Shown here: positions 1-9,046 of the stretch, piece by piece
How positions within the stretch are numbered: position 1 is the first letter of the stretch
Layout of the letters: each line of letters starts with the position of its first letter
NCBI GenBank assembly: GCA_018606645.1
Contig: JAGVRI010000008.1
Coordinates: 68,036-132,035 of the forward strand
Source of the DNA: Chloroflexota bacterium
GTDB taxonomy: Bacteria > Chloroflexota > Anaerolineae > JAAYZQ01
Reading direction: 5' to 3'
Length of the DNA stretch: 64,000 nt
Made by a program: the position numbers and the translations under genes
The notes under the pieces: generated by a model
The model's database searches: none
The model's input: the letters and a program-made list of their open reading frames with translations, nothing else
Told to the model about the DNA's origin: nothing

Positions 1-80
1 GCCACAGCGGGCTTGTCAACCTACTGTGCACAGCCGCAGCAGAGTCAAAGGGACGACACGAACGTAAGGGAGGTGTTTCG

Positions 81-1217
81 ATGTCTGCCACGGATGAAAA
101 GGAGATTGCCCGCCTGCAAGCCTATTGGCGGGATGAGGTCGAAGCCGCCCAGGTATATCAGAAGCTGGCCGAAGCGGCTCAGGATGAACGAACCCGGCGG
201 CTTCTGTTGGAGATGCGCGATGCGGAGCAGCGTCATGCGGCGCGTTGGGAGGCGCGCATCCGCGAGCTGGGGGGCACCCTGCCACCGCCTCCGTCCGACC
301 GGCGAGCCCGCTGGCTGGGGTTCCTGGCCCGCCTGGGCGGACAGCAGCCGATCCTCCGTCGGTTGGAAGCGGTAGAGCGGGGGGCGATGGCCGGCTACGG
401 AGTCGACCTGGCTGACGCCGAGAGTGCGCGCATCGCGGCGGAAGCCCAGGCCGATGAGCACGGACACGCCATTGCCCTGCGGGCCATGGGCAGACCGCAA
501 GCCCAAGGAGTGGAGGCGATCCTCAGTCGGGAGCGCTGGCATCGTGGGGGCGGTGGGGCGATGCGCGATCTGATCTTTGGCATCAACGATGGGCTGGTTT
601 CGACTCTCAGCCTGGTGTCGGGGGTGGCCGGGGCCGACCCAGGCCGGGCGATCGTCCTGCTGGCCGGCTTGGCCGGTCTGCTGGCTGGCGCTATCTCCAT
701 GGCCGCCGGGGCCTATATCTCGACCAAGTCGCAACGGGAAGTCTACGAGGCAGAGGTGGCCCGCGAGCGGGAGGAGATCGAACAGGAACCGGAGGAGGAG
801 AAAGAAGAGCTGCGCATCCTCTACCAGCTCAAGGGGTTCAGCGCCGAGGAGGCGGAGCGGATGGTCGAGCGGGTCAGCCGGGAGCCGGAACTCTTTCTCG
901 AGGGTCTGGTGCGGGACGAACTGGGCTTAATGCCCGAAAGTTTTCCTAATCCATGGAAGGCAGGTGCCTTCTCCGGGGGATCGTTCATTCTCGGAGCCAT
1001 CGTCCCGCTAATCGGCTATCTCTTCCTACAGGGGCTGCCGGCTCTCTTCCTCTCGGTCACCCTGAGCATCGTCGCCCTCTTTGTCATCGGCGCGCTCAAG
1101 ACGGTGTTCACCGGCCTGCCATGGCTCAAGAGCGGTCTGGAGATGGTGGGTATTGGCATTTTTGCGACGGCGATTACCTACCTGATCGGTCGTATCTTTG
1201 GCGTGCAACTGTCATAG
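81..1217 (+). CDS. VIT1/CCC1-family iron/manganese transporter with N-terminal ferritin-like (rubrerythrin-type) domain
   Basis: C-terminal motif DLIFGINDGLVSTLSLVSGVAG and multiple TM segments typical of VIT1/CCC1 (DUF125); N-terminal EAAQ..EQRHA ferritin-like helix pattern. Confidence 0.7.
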   Translation: MSATDEKEIARLQAYWRDEVEAAQVYQKLAEAAQDERTRRLLLEMRDAEQRHAARWEARIRELGGTLPPPPSDRRARWLGFLARLGGQQPILRRLEAVERGAMAGYGVDLADAESARIAAEAQADEHGHAIALRAMGRPQAQGVEAILSRERWHRGGGGAMRDLIFGINDGLVSTLSLVSGVAGADPGRAIVLLAGLAGLLAGAISMAAGAYISTKSQREVYEAEVAREREEIEQEPEEEKEELRILYQLKGFSAEEAERMVERVSREPELFLEGLVRDELGLMPESFPNPWKAGAFSGGSFILGAIVPLIGYLFLQGLPALFLSVTLSIVALFVIGALKTVFTGLPWLKSGLEMVGIGIFATAITYLIGRIFGVQLS

Positions 1218-1438
1218 AACCGTCCGCCGCCAGCTCTCAGATTCATAGAAGGTGTCAATTCTGATCAAAATCCTCGACTCCCGAGCGAAAGGGAGTAGAG
1301 GCTTCAGACAATTCTCCGGCTAAAGCCTCGACTCCCGCGCATCCGCACACCAATCCACATGCGACTTGCAGAATCGAGGAAGGTGGAGTATCATTGCAAT
1401 GCATCGGAGCCACCAGAGCGAGAAGGGATGAATAAACC

Positions 1439-2902
1439 ATGGCGATCACAATTCTCGGCCTGGGACCCGGTGGGCCGGCGTATCTGACCCGCGAAGCATG
1501 GGACCTGCTCTGTGAGGCGGACGAAATCTATCTGCGCACCCGGCACCATCCCATTGTCGCTGCATTGCCAACCCATCTGGTGCTTCATAGCTTTGACGAG
1601 CTGTACCAGCAAGCTGACGACGTTGCCGAGGTGTATGAGACCATTGCACAGCGGATCATTGCCTTGGGGCAGCGGCCTCAGGGGGTGGTGTATGCAGTTC
1701 CAGGCCATCCGTGGGTAGGCGAGTCCTCGGTCCAGCGCATCGTCGCCCGCGCGCGCCAGATCGGTTTGCCGGTGCGCCTGGTCGAAGGCTTGAGCTTCAT
1801 CGAACCGACACTAGCTGTCCTCGAGGTGGATGCGCTGAACGGTCTGCAGGTCGCAGATGCCAGCGATCTGGCAGCCGCTCATCATCCGCCGCTCGACCCC
1901 GACCGACCGGCGCTCATCGGACAGCTTGATAGCCAGCAATTGGCCAGCGACGTCAAACTGACGTTAATGAATGCCTACCCGGATGAACACCCGGTGACCT
2001 TGGTACGGGCTGCCGGCACGCCCCAGTGCACCCGGATGACGATTCCTCTGTACGAACTCGATCAGGGGCAGCCGCTGGACCATCTGACATGTCTATACGT
2101 ACCGCCGCTACCCCACCCTGGCGGATTGCCGGCCCTTCAGGAGACGGTGGCCCGGCTGCGGGCGCCTGACGGTTGCCCGTGGGATCGAGAACAGAGTCAT
2201 CAAACGCTTCGTTCCAATTTGCTGGAGGAAACGTATGAAGTCCTGGCCGCCCTCGATGCCGATGATCCGGAAAGGTTGTGTGAAGAGCTGGGCGACCTGC
2301 TGATGCAGATCGCGATGCATGTCCAGATCGCTACGGAGGAGGGTACGTTTCGGTTTGCCGATGTGATCGGCCGGATTGACGCGAAGCTCAAACGTCGCCA
2401 TCCGCATGTCTTTGGCGGCCAGACCGTTCAAGACTCGGCTGAGGTACTGCGCAATTGGGAGGCGATCAAAGCGGACGAACGAGTGGCAGAAGGGCATGCG
2501 CCGCAATCCCGCCTGGAGGGGGTGCCGTCAGCGCTACCCGCCCTGGCCCGCGCCCAGGCGATTAGCGATCGGGCGGCGCGGTTGGGCTTTGACTGGTCGG
2601 ACGTCGAGGGGGTGCTCGACAAGGTTGTTGAAGAGGTGCGTGAACTCCGCGCCTGTGAGGATGCGGCGGCCCGGGAACGGGAAATGGGCGATCTGTTGTT
2701 CACGCTGGTCAATCTGGCTCGCTGGCTGGGGGTGGACGCTGAGAGTGCCTTACGGCGTGCCTGTGACCGCTTCACTCAGCGATTTGCCCAGATGGAACAG
2801 GAAGCCCGTTTGCAACACAGCGATTTTGCCTCCCTAGCCCCGGCTGAGCAGGAAGTCCTCTGGCAAAAGGCCAAGGCCCAGCAAGGGGAGGGCAGCGCCT
2901 GA
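1439..2902 (+). CDS. MazG-family NTP pyrophosphohydrolase fused to an N-terminal tetrapyrrole-methylase-like domain (YabN-type)
   Basis: N-terminus ITILGLGPGGPAYLTREAWDLL resembles tetrapyrrole methylase; C-terminal half has MazG-like EE..YE..A and ELGDLL motifs. Confidence 0.7.
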   Translation: MAITILGLGPGGPAYLTREAWDLLCEADEIYLRTRHHPIVAALPTHLVLHSFDELYQQADDVAEVYETIAQRIIALGQRPQGVVYAVPGHPWVGESSVQRIVARARQIGLPVRLVEGLSFIEPTLAVLEVDALNGLQVADASDLAAAHHPPLDPDRPALIGQLDSQQLASDVKLTLMNAYPDEHPVTLVRAAGTPQCTRMTIPLYELDQGQPLDHLTCLYVPPLPHPGGLPALQETVARLRAPDGCPWDREQSHQTLRSNLLEETYEVLAALDADDPERLCEELGDLLMQIAMHVQIATEEGTFRFADVIGRIDAKLKRRHPHVFGGQTVQDSAEVLRNWEAIKADERVAEGHAPQSRLEGVPSALPALARAQAISDRAARLGFDWSDVEGVLDKVVEEVRELRACEDAAAREREMGDLLFTLVNLARWLGVDAESALRRACDRFTQRFAQMEQEARLQHSDFASLAPAEQEVLWQKAKAQQGEGSA

Positions 2903-2913
2903 TTCGGTCTTCT

Positions 2914-3870
2914 GTGGATCATTGGGTCGGGTGTCTTGTGAAGATCCTTGTCACTGGAGGGGCCGGATTCATCGGCTCGCACGTCGTGGATGCCTATGTG
3001 GCGGAAGGCCATGACGTGATCGTTGTGGACAATCTGAGCTCGGGAAAGCGGGAGAATGTGCATCCGGCGGCCCGGCTGGTGGAAATGGATATCGGTGAGC
3101 CTAACCTTCTCGATCTGTTCCTGGCCGAACGGCCAGATGTGGTGAACCATCACGCAGCCAACCCGAGCGTCGTCACGTCATTGCGACAGCCTCTGTTTGA
3201 TGCGACCCAGAACATCCTGGGGACTCTGAATCTGTTAGAGGCGGCGCGTCGAGCCGGCGTGGCCAAGTTCATCTATAGCTCGTCTGGTGGGGCGATGTAT
3301 GGTCATCCCCGTTACCTGCCGGTCGATGAGACCCATCCAGTGAACCCCGTTTCCCCGTATGGGCTGAGCAAGTATACCGGCGAGCGCTATGTAAGCCTCT
3401 ATGGAACGGCGTATGGCTTGCGCTGGACCAGTTTGCGGTATGCCAACGTCTATGGCCCGCGCCAGGACCTGTGCGGGGAAGCGGGTGTCGTGGCTATCTT
3501 TTGTCAGAACCTCGTGGACGGAGTTGCCCCCGAGATTCACGGGGATGGAGAGCAGACGCGAGATTTTGTGTACGTAGACGATTGCGCACGAGCGAACGTG
3601 CTGGCACTGGAAGGAGGCGACGGCCAGGCGTACAATGTGGGTACCGGAGTGAACACCAGCATCCGCATGCTATTGTGCACTTTGATGGAAGTGACGGGTC
3701 GCATTGTGGAGCCCAGGCATGGCCCCCCTCGGCCGGGCGATGTCCGCCATTCGCGGCTGGATTGTACCAAGATTAAACAGGAGTTAGGCTGGCAGGCAGA
3801 GATCGATCTTGCCGAGGGCCTGGAACGAACGTGGAGCTACTTTTTGCAGAAAGCGGCGGGTTGTCGCTAG
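2914..3870 (+). CDS. NAD-dependent sugar epimerase/dehydratase, UDP-glucose 4-epimerase family (SDR)
   Basis: KILVTGGAGFIGSHVVD Rossmann motif, YxxxK (YGLSKY); start may be GTG at 2914 or 2938. Confidence 0.75.
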   Translation: MDHWVGCLVKILVTGGAGFIGSHVVDAYVAEGHDVIVVDNLSSGKRENVHPAARLVEMDIGEPNLLDLFLAERPDVVNHHAANPSVVTSLRQPLFDATQNILGTLNLLEAARRAGVAKFIYSSSGGAMYGHPRYLPVDETHPVNPVSPYGLSKYTGERYVSLYGTAYGLRWTSLRYANVYGPRQDLCGEAGVVAIFCQNLVDGVAPEIHGDGEQTRDFVYVDDCARANVLALEGGDGQAYNVGTGVNTSIRMLLCTLMEVTGRIVEPRHGPPRPGDVRHSRLDCTKIKQELGWQAEIDLAEGLERTWSYFLQKAAGCR

Positions 3871-3873
3871 CCG

Positions 3874-4362
3874 ATGAAACACTGGTACGCGGTATACACC
3901 AAGCCGAAGAAAGAGGCCCAGGTTCATGCGCTGTTGCAGGAACAGGGGCTGGAGACCTATCTGCCTGCCGTGCGGCGCAAGGTCCAACGGCGGGACCGAC
4001 CCGAGTGGGTGGTATACTTTCCCTGCTACCTCTTTGTCCGGGTTGATTTCCAGACCACGCCTCGCTCCTCCATTGACTGGTTGCCTGGGGTGCGGCATAT
4101 CGTTCGCTCCGGAGAACAACCCACGGTGGTAGCCGACGAGATTATCGAACTGATCCGTCAACGACTGGACAATCTGGAGATTGTGGGGTATAGTGATTTG
4201 AAGCAGGGCGACCGGGTGCGGATCACCGCCGGGCCTTTGCGGGACCTGGAAGCGATCTTTGACCGCCCCCTGCCGCCCAAGGAACGGGTTCGCATCTTGC
4301 TGGATGTCATGGGCCGGATGACGCCGGTCGAGATCGATCCCAGGCAGGTCGAGAAGCTCTAG
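3874..4362 (+). CDS. NusG/RfaH-family specialized transcription antiterminator paralog (NGN + KOW domains)
   Basis: MKHWYAVYTKPKKE..YLPA...FPCYLFVRVDF matches the RfaH/NusG NGN domain; C-terminal GDRVRITAGPLRDLEAIF is a KOW motif; small (162 aa) and embedded in a polysaccharide locus like RfaH/UpxY/LoaP paralogs. Confidence 0.75.
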   Translation: MKHWYAVYTKPKKEAQVHALLQEQGLETYLPAVRRKVQRRDRPEWVVYFPCYLFVRVDFQTTPRSSIDWLPGVRHIVRSGEQPTVVADEIIELIRQRLDNLEIVGYSDLKQGDRVRITAGPLRDLEAIFDRPLPPKERVRILLDVMGRMTPVEIDPRQVEKL

Positions 4363-4408
4363 ATAGCGTGGTTTTCGCCTGGCTCCCTACCTTCTCAGCG
4401 AAGAGAGG

Positions 4409-5527
4409 GTGGGGGAGTCCGGGTTTAGGTTGGGCCGGTCTGACGGACAGAGTTTGTCAGATCGGCGGAGCCTGCCCACAATTTTGCCCATCACATGGAG
4501 GACTAGATTGAGGATTTTGATAACCGGGGGGGCCGGTTTCATCGGGAGCAACCTGGCTCACCGGCTGATCGGACAGGGCCATGACGTGGTCGTCTATGAT
4601 AATTTATCGCGGCGAGGCGCGGACCAGAATGTCGCCTGGCTGCGAACCGAGCACGGCGATGCCTGGAGGTTGCTCCAGGCGGACATCCGCGATTTCGAGA
4701 CGCTGCGTGAAGCCGCAGCCGAGGTGGAGGTTGTCTATCACCTGGCTTCCCAGGTAGCGGTGACAACCTCTGTGCAAGACCCACGGTACGATTTTGAAGT
4801 GAACGCCCTAGGTACCTTCAACGTATTGGAGGCAGCGCGGCTTTCGGACCGCCGTCCTATCGTCCTCTACGCTTCCACCAACAAAGTCTATGGTGGGATG
4901 GAAGAGGTAGCCGTGATCGAGGGCGAGACTCGGTACGCCTACCGTGATTTCCCCTACGGCATTGCCGAGACCCATCCTCTCGACTTTCACTCGCCCTACG
5001 GTTGTTCCAAAGGAGCTGGCGATCAGTATGTGCGCGATTACGCCCGCATCTATGGCCTGCCGACGGTGGTCTTCCGTCAGTCGTGCATCTATGGTCCACG
5101 GCAATTCGGCGTCGAAGATCAAGGATGGGTTGCCTGGTTCCTGATTGCGGCCGTGACCGGCCAGCCGATCACCATTTACGGCGATGGTAAGCAGGTGCGC
5201 GACGTGTTGTGGGTGGATGACCTGTTGGACCTGTACCAAAAGGCGGTGGACCAGATCGAGATCTCTGCCGGGCAGGTCTATAACGTGGGAGGTGGACCGG
5301 ACAATACTCTGGCCGTGTGGAGCGAGTTGGGGCCGATGCTGGAGGATATCCTGGGTCGTCGCATCGAGGTGACCTACAGCGACTGGCGTCCCGGCGATCA
5401 GCGTATCTTTGTCGCGGACATCCGCAAGGCGGAGCGGGAGCTGGGATGGCGGCCCCGGGTGGGGAAGGAGGAGGGTGTGCGCCGCCTGGCAGCCTGGGTG
5501 GTGGAACATCGGCAGTTGTTTGTGTAG
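4409..5527 (+). CDS. NAD-dependent epimerase, CDP-paratose/tyvelose 2-epimerase-like (SDR)
   Basis: ILITGGAGFIGSNLAHRL..VVYDNLSRRGADQNVAWL resembles the Tyv/RfbE N-terminus; true start probably near 4500 (ORF track start 4409 is upstream of the Rossmann motif). Confidence 0.6.
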   Translation: MGESGFRLGRSDGQSLSDRRSLPTILPITWRTRLRILITGGAGFIGSNLAHRLIGQGHDVVVYDNLSRRGADQNVAWLRTEHGDAWRLLQADIRDFETLREAAAEVEVVYHLASQVAVTTSVQDPRYDFEVNALGTFNVLEAARLSDRRPIVLYASTNKVYGGMEEVAVIEGETRYAYRDFPYGIAETHPLDFHSPYGCSKGAGDQYVRDYARIYGLPTVVFRQSCIYGPRQFGVEDQGWVAWFLIAAVTGQPITIYGDGKQVRDVLWVDDLLDLYQKAVDQIEISAGQVYNVGGGPDNTLAVWSELGPMLEDILGRRIEVTYSDWRPGDQRIFVADIRKAERELGWRPRVGKEEGVRRLAAWVVEHRQLFV

Positions 5528-5715
5528 TGAGTAACATCCCGAAGACCACCTCGTTTCGGTGTACGGCTGAGGAGCGGGAAAGGCTTCTCTCGACGTTGCG
5601 AGAATCTCTGGCGACCAGAGAGAGCATCGTGTTTGCCTACGAGTACGGCTCGTTCTGGGTATGGATCTGAAGCCATTGCGTCACGCGGCTCTGAAGGAAG
5701 CGATGAATACAACGG

Positions 5716-6717
5716 TTGTTTCTGGAAAAGGATGATTTCGTGGCTTCTTATCTGGTGACCGGCTGTGCTGGCTTTATCGGATGGAAGGTGGCCGAGTTCC
5801 TGTTGGCTGAGGGCCACACCGTTGTCGGGGTGGATAATCTGAACGACGCCTACGACGTGCGCTTGAAGCGATGGCGCCTCACCCGGCTCCAGGACCAGCC
5901 GAATTTCACCTTCCACTGGTTGGATATCACCGACCGATCCGCGTTAGAACGTTCAACGTTCAATGTTCAACGTTTCGACGCCGTGATCAACCTGGCGGCA
6001 CGCGCCGGGGTGCGGCCCTCGGTGGAGAACCCGTGGGTGTACTATGAGACCAATGTGATGGGAACTCTGAACCTGCTGGAGCTGTGTCGGGAATTGGGGA
6101 TTGCCAAGTTTGTCCAGGCCTCAAGCTCCAGCGTGTATGGTCAAGGGAACCCGATGCCCTACCGCGAGGATCAGAACACCGACCATCCGCCTTCGCCCTA
6201 TGCGGCCTCGAAGAAAGCTGCGGAGACGTTGTGTTCGACCTATCATTCTCTCCATGGGCTGGACATTACCGTCCTCCGCTACTTTACGGTGTATGGTCCG
6301 GCGGGGCGGCCGGACATGAGTCCGTTTCGCTTTGTGCAGTGGATCAGCGAGGGGCGGCCGGTGACGATCTATGGCGATGGCACGCAGTCGCGGGATTTCA
6401 CCTACGTCGACGACATTGCGCGCGGTACCCTGGCTGCGCTCCGGCCGCTAGGCTTTGAGGTGATCAACCTGGGATCGGATCGGCCGATCGGGCTGATGGA
6501 TGCGATCCGGGTCATCGAGAAGCTGGTCGGTCGGCGGGCGCTGGTGGAATACCAGCCGCGCCATCCGGCGGATGTAAAGGATACCTGGGCGGAGATCGGC
6601 AAGGCGGAGTGGATGTTGGGCTGGCGGCCGGAGGTAGCCTTTGAGGAGGGAATGGCGCGGGTGGTGGAGTGGTATCGCGAGAATCGGGCGTGGGCGCGAG
6701 AGGTAGAGACGGGGTGA
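5716..6717 (+). CDS. NAD-dependent epimerase, UDP-glucuronate 4-epimerase-like (SDR)
   Basis: VTGCAGFIGWKVAEFLL..VVGVDNLNDAYDVRLKRWRL..F.FHWLDITD resembles CapI/WbnF/Gla-type nucleotide-sugar epimerases; YxxxK present (YAASKKA). Confidence 0.7.
   Translation: MFLEKDDFVASYLVTGCAGFIGWKVAEFLLAEGHTVVGVDNLNDAYDVRLKRWRLTRLQDQPNFTFHWLDITDRSALERSTFNVQRFDAVINLAARAGVRPSVENPWVYYETNVMGTLNLLELCRELGIAKFVQASSSSVYGQGNPMPYREDQNTDHPPSPYAASKKAAETLCSTYHSLHGLDITVLRYFTVYGPAGRPDMSPFRFVQWISEGRPVTIYGDGTQSRDFTYVDDIARGTLAALRPLGFEVINLGSDRPIGLMDAIRVIEKLVGRRALVEYQPRHPADVKDTWAEIGKAEWMLGWRPEVAFEEGMARVVEWYRENRAWAREVETG
5943..5978 (+). repeat. in-frame heptanucleotide array (GTTCAAC)x~4-5 inside the epimerase CDS, encoding RSTFNVQRF
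   Basis: direct reading: gttagaa c gttcaac gttcaat gttcaac gtttcga; 21 nt = 3 units keeps frame. Confidence 0.8.
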
Positions 6718-6783
6718 GAGACTGAAGGGCTGGTGAGGGTGGATTAATGAAATGCCAATTGGCCTGTAAGCGGAGCATTCTCA

Positions 6784-6894
6784 ATGATCAGGGCTGAAGT
6801 CATCTGCAAAGGTTTGAACAAGCTGGACGAATGCCTGGCAATCCTCCAGGGGCTGCGCTCGTACACGTTCGAGGAATTCAGCGCCAATTGGTAA
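6784..6894 (+). pseudogene. HepT/DUF86-like (HEPN toxin) N-terminal fragment, 36 codons then stop
   Basis: translation MIRAEVICKGLNKLDECLAILQGLRSYTFEEFSANW resembles the N-terminus of DUF86/HepT proteins (...tfEEFl.n motif) but is far too short. Confidence 0.3.
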
Positions 6895-6895
6895 G

Positions 6896-7147
6896 ATGAG
6901 AGAACTGGCTGGGATGGGAAAATATGAATTTGGCCGCCTGTTAGGGGAGCGAAGCATTGTGTGGCATTATGGCCGGGAGGAACTGAAGGACGACCTGGCG
7001 TATGCGCGTGGTGAGCAACACTTTACCGGTCCTCAACCCGGTGATTGTCGGTTGGCTTGCTCTGCTTCACGAGCAATTCGGAGAGGTACGGATTCCGGCA
7101 GCGGTCTTGGAGGAGTTGTGCCTCACCGAAGATCTGCGCGGCTCTGA
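6896..7147 (+). pseudogene. UPF0175-family antitoxin-like fragment
   Basis: GKYEFGRLLGERSI... resembles UPF0175 proteins; overlaps the next fragment in another frame. Confidence 0.3.
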
Positions 7148-7205
7148 AGCGGTGCAAGAGGCAGTACAGGCGAAGGCGGAATGTGTGCTGTTTGATGAGC
7201 GGTAA
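7002..7205 (+). pseudogene. DUF3368 (PIN-like toxin) C-terminal fragment
   Basis: NTLPVLNPVIVGWLALLHEQFGEVRIPAAVLEEL resembles the C-terminal part of DUF3368 proteins, which pair with UPF0175; only 67 codons. Confidence 0.3.
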
Positions 7206-7442
7206 GGACGAAAGGCTGCAAAATCGCTGGGGTTAAGGGTTACGGGGACTCTAGGGGGTTTTGATTCGCGCCCAGCGTGAGGGCAAGATGCCAACGTTAC
7301 GAGAGCCGATGGAAGAACTGCAGGAGAAGGCAGGTTTTCGCATTGGAGCGGATTTGTTTGCTGAGTTGCTGAGAGCGGCCGACGAAGAATGAGCGCCTGC
7401 CATTTTCTTAAATCGCGTGGGCTACATGGGGGATGGTGGCAG

Positions 7443-7580
7443 CGATTCAGGTCGTCGAGAAGCTGGTGGGCCGGCGGTCGCTGGTGGAATACCAGCGCCG
7501 TGGCATCCGGCGGATGTGAAGGATACCTGGGCGGAGATCGGCAAGGCGGAACCGGATGTTGGGCTGGTGGCGAGATCCGG
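7443..7580 (+). pseudogene. degenerate, frame-broken duplicate of the 3-prime end of the 5716..6717 epimerase gene
   Basis: about 90% nucleotide identity to 6503..6637 (tcgagaagctgg...ctggtggaataccagc...ggatacctgggcggagatcggcaaggcgga...) with small indels. Confidence 0.75.
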
Positions 7581-7622
7581 TTGAGACTTTTTGCGACGGG
7601 ACGAGTATGCTAGCTTCCACAA

Positions 7623-7651
7623 GTGACATGGATGATGTTGTGAGATAGAAT
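7623..7651 (+). promoter_or_regulatory. candidate sigma70-type promoter (GTGACA -17- TAGAAT) upstream of the GT4/wzx block
   Basis: hexamer spacing read directly; about 110 nt upstream of the 7764 start. Confidence 0.3.
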
Positions 7652-7763
7652 GGGGCGGTCAGTCAAGGTCAAGGGAACAGCAATCGCATACCTGCTCTCT
7701 GGAGGGTTCAGGTTCTTAAATGCGGCTGCTAGGAACAGGTTGGGTCAGGGAGATACAGCGTAG

Positions 7764-8936
7764 ATGTCTGAGGAAAAGCGGTTGAAGGTGTTGTTTATTA
7801 CTGCCTGGTATCCCACAAAGGAACACCCAATAGAGGGCATATTTGTGCGGGAGCATGCCAGAGCTGTTCGGCTTTACGACGATGTTGTTGTGCTCCACTG
7901 TGCAGGACCAGATCAGGGATTGAGCAAGCTTTGGCGGTTGGAATTGGAGAGCGATGCCAGCCTTACACAAGGCATTCCAACCTATCGAGTATGGTATCGG
8001 AGATCGAGGCTTCCCAAGGTTTCTTACTTGGGCTACCTTCTTAGTAGCCTCTGGGCGTTCGCTACCGTTGTAAAAGGTGGATTTCGTCCAAACGTGATTC
8101 ATGGGCATATTTATCAAGCAGGCGTGCCAGCGGTTCTAATTGGCAGGATGTTCCGTATTCCGGTGATCATAAGTGAGCATTACTCTGCTTTTCCAAGGCA
8201 TTTACTCTCCCGTCGCGAACTCTTGAAAGCACGTCTTGCGTTCACTTCGGCAGATCTCGTTCTACCTGTAAGCTACGCACTAAAAAATGGAATTGAGCAC
8301 TGTGGCATTCGGGCAAAGTTTGAGGTTGTGCCGAATGTCGTTGATGTGTCTCTGTTCCATCCCCCCGCTAGCAGGAATTCCGCACATGCGCTGAAGAGAA
8401 TCCTGTTCGTGGGGTTGTTGGATACTACTCACATAAAGGGGGTGCCAGATCTGCTGCAGGCGTTAGCCCGGTTACGAGAAGAGCGGAATGACTGGCATTT
8501 AGATATCGTGGGGGATGGGCCTGCGCGTGATGAATATGAACGACAGGTTCTGGAACTTGGGCTTGCTGGCAAGGTTACGTTTCATGGTATCAAATCCAAG
8601 GAAGACGTTGCTGAGTTTATGCGTCAGGCAGACTTTTTCGCATTGCCCAGCCTTTGGGACAATTTGCCCTGTGCAGCGATTGAGGCCGTGGCAAGTGGGT
8701 TGCCTATAGTTGCGACTTGTGCAGGCGGGATCCCCGAGATCGTTAAAGATACGGAAATGGGTTTCCTTGTACCACCGGGCAATGTGGTTGAGCTATCGAA
8801 AGCGATGGTGCGGATGATAGAGTGTTTAAATGAATTCGACCGCTGTGCAATTGCGGAGGAGGCCCGCAATCGATATGGGTTCGAGTCAGTGGGCGGTTTG
8901 ATGCATTCTATATATGCGAAGTATGGTGGGGGATGA
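7764..8936 (+). CDS. glycosyltransferase family 4 (GT-B fold)
   Basis: C-terminal PSLWDNLPCAAIEAVASGLPIVATCAGGIPEIV GT4 signature; lower GC than flanks. Confidence 0.75.
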   Translation: MSEEKRLKVLFITAWYPTKEHPIEGIFVREHARAVRLYDDVVVLHCAGPDQGLSKLWRLELESDASLTQGIPTYRVWYRRSRLPKVSYLGYLLSSLWAFATVVKGGFRPNVIHGHIYQAGVPAVLIGRMFRIPVIISEHYSAFPRHLLSRRELLKARLAFTSADLVLPVSYALKNGIEHCGIRAKFEVVPNVVDVSLFHPPASRNSAHALKRILFVGLLDTTHIKGVPDLLQALARLREERNDWHLDIVGDGPARDEYERQVLELGLAGKVTFHGIKSKEDVAEFMRQADFFALPSLWDNLPCAAIEAVASGLPIVATCAGGIPEIVKDTEMGFLVPPGNVVELSKAMVRMIECLNEFDRCAIAEEARNRYGFESVGGLMHSIYAKYGGG

Positions 8937-9046
8937 CTCTAACCGTTTAGCTCCCGAGAAGCTTGTTGCAGGCGGACAACAAGGATTATCCTTGCCCGAT
9001 GCAGAGCAGGAGAGTTTGAACTTTTAGAGGTCCTGAGCATTTCTCA

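Noticed and set aside
13-734. ORFs 13..375 (+) and 45..734 (-) overlapping the first gene
   Set aside because: Overlap the VIT1-family CDS, which has recognizable motifs. Typical spurious high-GC ORFs.
1273-1337. Direct repeat cctcgactcccg occurring twice in the 1218..1438 intergenic region
   Set aside because: Only 12 nt and two copies. Could be a promoter or terminator element, but too short to support any call.
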